A DNA stretch of 63,912 bases, filler included, from an uncultured bacterium (lineage in GTDB: Bacteria > DAOPZR01), in NCBI GenBank assembly GCA_964637655.1. It is 7 parts of 7 records of this genome, joined end to end, with 100 filler letters (N's around TTAATTAATTAA, not from the genome) between each part and the next. Parts side by side here need not be neighbours in the genome. Positions count along the whole stretch, not along the records: positions 54,990 to 63,912 come from CAZWUZ010000163.1; 6 more parts are not named here. The stretch is one strand, 5' to 3'. This document shows, piece by piece, positions 60,473-63,912 of the stretch. Each line of letters opens with the position of its first letter. Position 1 is the first letter of the stretch. The position numbers and the translations under genes are program-made. The notes under the pieces are model-generated. The model saw nothing but the letters and a program-made list of their open reading frames with translations, was not told the DNA's origin and made no database searches.

Positions 60473-63400
60473 ATCTGCGCCCGCAACCACGCTCCCGGCC
60501 AGACCGCGCCGCGCCCGGCGGCTGCTGTACGCGCTCTGCCTGCTCGCGCTGCTCTGGCTGCTGCTGTCACCGGCCGCGGCGTTTCTCCTGCCGCGCCTGC
60601 TGGCGCCCTATATCAACGGCGACATCGCGTGTGGTGGCGTGGTGCTGCTGCCGCACGCGCGCGCGGTGCGCCTGACCGCGCTGCGTGCCACCGACACCGC
60701 GGGCAGCACACTCTTCACCATCGACAGCATCACCGCGCGCTGGACGGCATGGCAGACGCTGCCGTCGGAAATTGTCATCATGCAACCCGCCTGCACGCTC
60801 GATGCGCCGCGTGCGGCCGCGCTGGCGCAGTGGTGGCGGGGGACGGGCAGCACTGACACGTCACCGCTGCAGCTGCCGGCACTGCTCAGCGTACGCGAGG
60901 CCCGGCTCGCCTATGGTGACGAAACCCGGACGGTGACGCTGACAGGAGACGCCGAGGCGCGCACGGCGGCAGGGACGACGGCGCTGCACCTGCAGTTGCG
61001 CCACGAGCGCGGCTGGCTTGAGGCGCGGGCGGCGTGGGAGGCGGCGACCGGCGCGGTGCGTGAGGTGACGCTCAGCGGCGAACTGCGCGGCGAGAGCACG
61101 ACGCTGCATGCCGACCTGCGCGGCGGTTTCGTTCCGGGTGACGGCCTGACGGTGGAGCGGTTGCTGCTGGGCGACGGTATCGATACCATTGCCGGCGAGG
61201 GGACCTGGCACGATACGCAAGTGGCCCTGACCCTGCGCGCGCGGCAGTTCGATTTCGGGGCCCGCTACCCGGAACTGGCCGGACTGCGCGGCGACCTGCT
61301 CGAACTGAGCGCGGAGGGCAGCGCGCAGCAGGTGCGCTGCACCGCCGCGTATGCCGCGCCGGGAAAAACCCTGCAGGCGTCAGGAACGGTCTGGCCGGCA
61401 GAGTGGCGGGTGCGGCTCGACCGCGCGGAAGGACGCCTGCCGTCGACGGGAACCTTTTCCGCGCGCGGCGAGGCCTGGCGCGATACGGATGCCGTCTGGC
61501 ACTGGCAGGAGGTGACCGCTGACGTGCAGGCCTGGCGCTCGGCCATCGCGCAGTCGTCAGGCCATTACGCGCCCGACGGGAGTTTCACCATTCGCGCCGC
61601 CACCTATCGCTACGACCGCTATCTGCTGCAGCAGCCGGACGGGGAGGCGCGCTGGGCTGACGGGAAACTCACCGTCGCGCGCCTCGCGGCGGGCGGCCTT
61701 GACGGGTCTCTGGTCGCGCGCGGCGAACTCGGCTTTACCCCGGTGCGCGGCGATATCACGGTGGCAGCGCGGCAGGTGAAGCTGGCGGCCATCGACCGGC
61801 TCTTCCGCGCCGAACTGGGCGACAGCATGGCGCTGACCGCGGGCACGCTCAGCGCCGATATCGGGGTACGCTGGGGGAACAACTGGACGGTTGCCGCGCG
61901 CAACCTGGTGCTGCAGGAGGGCGGGGTGCGGCTGGCGGCGGGAACATTGCGCGGCATCGGCGCGGCGGGGGCGCTGGATGTGGACGGGCGCGGCCTGCGC
62001 AGCAGCGGCCTGCGCCTGCGCGCGCTGGAGGGGACGCTCGACTGCGAGGGGAACATCGGCTGGCAGGGTGACGGCAGTATCACCGCCCGCGCCACTGATC
62101 TCGCGTTGCCGCAACTGCAGACGCTGCTGCAGGCGCAACTGGCGGCGGCGGGGATCAACCTTGCGGCCGGCACTGCCGGCGGCACCGTGCGCGCCACCTG
62201 GGCGGACGGGCGCTGGCAGGCGGACATCAGCGACGCGCTGCTGCGCGCAGCGACGGTGCAGTACGGCACGCTTGGCGCGGTGCGTGACATCGATCTGCGC
62301 GCCTCGCTCACCCTCGCCCCGCAGCAGTACCGGGTGCGCGAACTGCGCGGCACGCTGCTGGGGGGGAACATCGCGGGGAGCGGCGAAATCAGCGGCCGCA
62401 GTGGCGCGGTGCGGCTCGCGCTTGACGGCATCAAATTCACCGCGCTCGACACGCTGCTCCGTGCGCGCCTCGCGAAACAGGAGATGCGCCTGACCGGGGG
62501 GGAACTCGCAGGTGCGCTTGACCTGTCGCTCGATTCCGGCTGGCATGTGGTGACACGCGAACCACTGGCGGCCCGCGGCATCGCTGTCTGGCAGCGGCGT
62601 GCGGGGACCATGCGCAACCTCGACCTGCTGCTCGATGTCGATGCGCGCGCGGGCAATGCCGTGCTGCGCCGGGCGGTACTGACCCTCCCTTCCGGTGAAA
62701 TCCGCGCGCAGGGGCGCGCCACCGGAACCGACTACGAACAGATGGAAGGCACGGTTGAATTTGCGCAACTCAAACTGGCGGAAGCGGTAGCGCCATTGGC
62801 GCAACTTTGTCGCGACTCCTGCCGTCTAACCTCAGTGAGTGGTGAGGCCGACGGCAGCATCCGCATCATGACGGAGGCAGACGGCATGCGGCTGGGCGGC
62901 ACGGTGCAGTTGCGCGAGGTCGGCGCGGTACTGGCGGAACCGAATGTGCGGTTTGCCGGGCTGAACGGCACGCTGTCGCTCGATTCCGGCGCCATCCTGC
63001 TGGATGAGGCGCGCGGCTATCTGCGCGAGCGGTTCGACGCCGGCTGGCAGGAACTGGCCCCGGCGGTCGCGCCGAACGTCACCTGCCGGGAACTGGCGGC
63101 CGGCGACCTGACGTTCACCGACCTGCGGCTGAAACTCGCGGTGACCTGGCCGCGGCTGGTGCTGGAGCAGGCGTCATGGCGGCTGTTCGGCGGCGAGTGC
63201 CGCGCGCGGGGGCGGGTGGCTTTTGTCGACGACGGGCAGTTCGCGCTGACCACGCTCTTCGACAACCTTTCGCTGCGGCGTGTCTGCGCGACCTTCCCGG
63301 GCATCGAGAACTATCTTACCGGGAAGGTGCGCGGCACGCTCTGGCTGAAAGGGGAGCAGCTGACCCTCCCCGCGGTACGGGGCCTGGTCGCGGGCTGGGT

Positions 63401-63704
63401 CTACCGCAGCGACGACGAGCCGATGACGATTCACCGCGACATGCTCATCCGGCTGGGAGGGGAAACGGTGCGGCGGCAGGGGCTGGCGCAGCGCGAGACG
63501 CTGCCGCTCGACCTGGGTGAATTGACAACCCGCGTGGAGGCGGGTAAAATGAACTTTGAGGAGTTGCGGCTGGAGAGTACGACACTCTTCACCACCATTC
63601 GCGTGGTGGTGCCCGAGGGGCATGACCGCATCGGTATCGAACATTTCCTGCGCACCATCAACGTCCTGGCGGGACGCGGCACGCAGGTGGATGTCAACTT
63701 TTAG
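60465..63704 (+). CDS. AsmA-like / YdbH-type bridge-like intermembrane protein
   Basis: N-terminal TM anchor; long repetitive beta-strand pattern (LxGxxxxxG); followed by a small lipoprotein. Confidence 0.7.
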   Translation: MPESAPATTLPARPRRARRLLYALCLLALLWLLLSPAAAFLLPRLLAPYINGDIACGGVVLLPHARAVRLTALRATDTAGSTLFTIDSITARWTAWQTLPSEIVIMQPACTLDAPRAAALAQWWRGTGSTDTSPLQLPALLSVREARLAYGDETRTVTLTGDAEARTAAGTTALHLQLRHERGWLEARAAWEAATGAVREVTLSGELRGESTTLHADLRGGFVPGDGLTVERLLLGDGIDTIAGEGTWHDTQVALTLRARQFDFGARYPELAGLRGDLLELSAEGSAQQVRCTAAYAAPGKTLQASGTVWPAEWRVRLDRAEGRLPSTGTFSARGEAWRDTDAVWHWQEVTADVQAWRSAIAQSSGHYAPDGSFTIRAATYRYDRYLLQQPDGEARWADGKLTVARLAAGGLDGSLVARGELGFTPVRGDITVAARQVKLAAIDRLFRAELGDSMALTAGTLSADIGVRWGNNWTVAARNLVLQEGGVRLAAGTLRGIGAAGALDVDGRGLRSSGLRLRALEGTLDCEGNIGWQGDGSITARATDLALPQLQTLLQAQLAAAGINLAAGTAGGTVRATWADGRWQADISDALLRAATVQYGTLGAVRDIDLRASLTLAPQQYRVRELRGTLLGGNIAGSGEISGRSGAVRLALDGIKFTALDTLLRARLAKQEMRLTGGELAGALDLSLDSGWHVVTREPLAARGIAVWQRRAGTMRNLDLLLDVDARAGNAVLRRAVLTLPSGEIRAQGRATGTDYEQMEGTVEFAQLKLAEAVAPLAQLCRDSCRLTSVSGEADGSIRIMTEADGMRLGGTVQLREVGAVLAEPNVRFAGLNGTLSLDSGAILLDEARGYLRERFDAGWQELAPAVAPNVTCRELAAGDLTFTDLRLKLAVTWPRLVLEQASWRLFGGECRARGRVAFVDDGQFALTTLFDNLSLRRVCATFPGIENYLTGKVRGTLWLKGEQLTLPAVRGLVAGWVYRSDDEPMTIHRDMLIRLGGETVRRQGLAQRETLPLDLGELTTRVEAGKMNFEELRLESTTLFTTIRVVVPEGHDRIGIEHFLRTINVLAGRGTQVDVNF

Positions 63705-63720
63705 GCACGGGAGGCATCAG

Positions 63721-63912
63721 ATGAAACGCTTCGGCTGGCTGGCAATGCTCCTGCTCATGGCAGGCTGCGCAGTGGTGACGGTCAACGTCTACTTCCCCGA
63801 GGAAGACGTGAAAATGGCGTACGACCAGATGGCGGACGAATTCATGCGGCAGGCGGCGGAAGCGCCGGCGACCCCGGCCCCGGCGGCAACCCCGGCCCCG
63901 GTCGCTCCGGCC
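63721..63912 (+). CDS. YnbE-like lipoprotein, N-terminal part (truncated by window)
   Basis: GGAGG SD; MKRFGWLAMLLLMAGC lipobox; VTVNVYFPE; Pro/Ala linker. Confidence 0.75.
   Translation, partial: MKRFGWLAMLLLMAGCAVVTVNVYFPEEDVKMAYDQMADEFMRQAAEAPATPAPAATPAPVAPA

Overview
The window is not contiguous DNA. It is seven contigs of about 9 kb each from a high-GC, probably diderm bacterial draft genome (MAG/SAG-like), joined by 100-nt N/TTAATTAATTAA/N linkers in decreasing length order, so adjacency across a linker has no biological meaning. Contig 1 (1-9149) is a glycan cluster with an SqdB-like UDP-sulfoquinovose synthase that has an unusual Cys-rich N-terminal domain and is coupled to a thioredoxin. 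Contig 2 (9250-18371) has a PD-(D/E)XK nuclease, uvrC, a MerR/TipA regulator with its operator, a Bcr/CflA pump, gatC and a gatA/xpt chimera. Contig 3 (18472-27586) has a PHP-kinase fusion, a Schlafen/AlbA_2 gene, and a candidate RiPP precursor followed by a GNAT and an NHLP-type TolC/HlyD/C39-ABC exporter. Contig 4 (27687-36777) is a polysaccharide cluster. Contig 5 (36878-45842) has a stand-alone NE0113-type CARF-wHTH gene coupled to a degenerate histidine kinase, plus AraC, hemerythrin, a TGA-interrupted GNAT, sdaA, a TA pair, azoR and a serine hydrolase. Contig 6 (45943-54889) has a TA pair, a pseudopilin and a CheB/CheR two-component locus. Contig 7 (54990-63912) has coupled mini-ORFs before a Gfo/Idh/MocA gene, a YfhO-like gene, repeat clusters, a pseudouridine synthase and YdbH/YnbE-like genes. 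No rRNA, tRNA, CRISPR array or transposase was recognised. The best leads are the CARF + pseudo-kinase module without cas genes, the RiPP-like locus and the Cys-rich SqdB + thioredoxin pair. All family calls come from motif recognition by eye, not from database searches.
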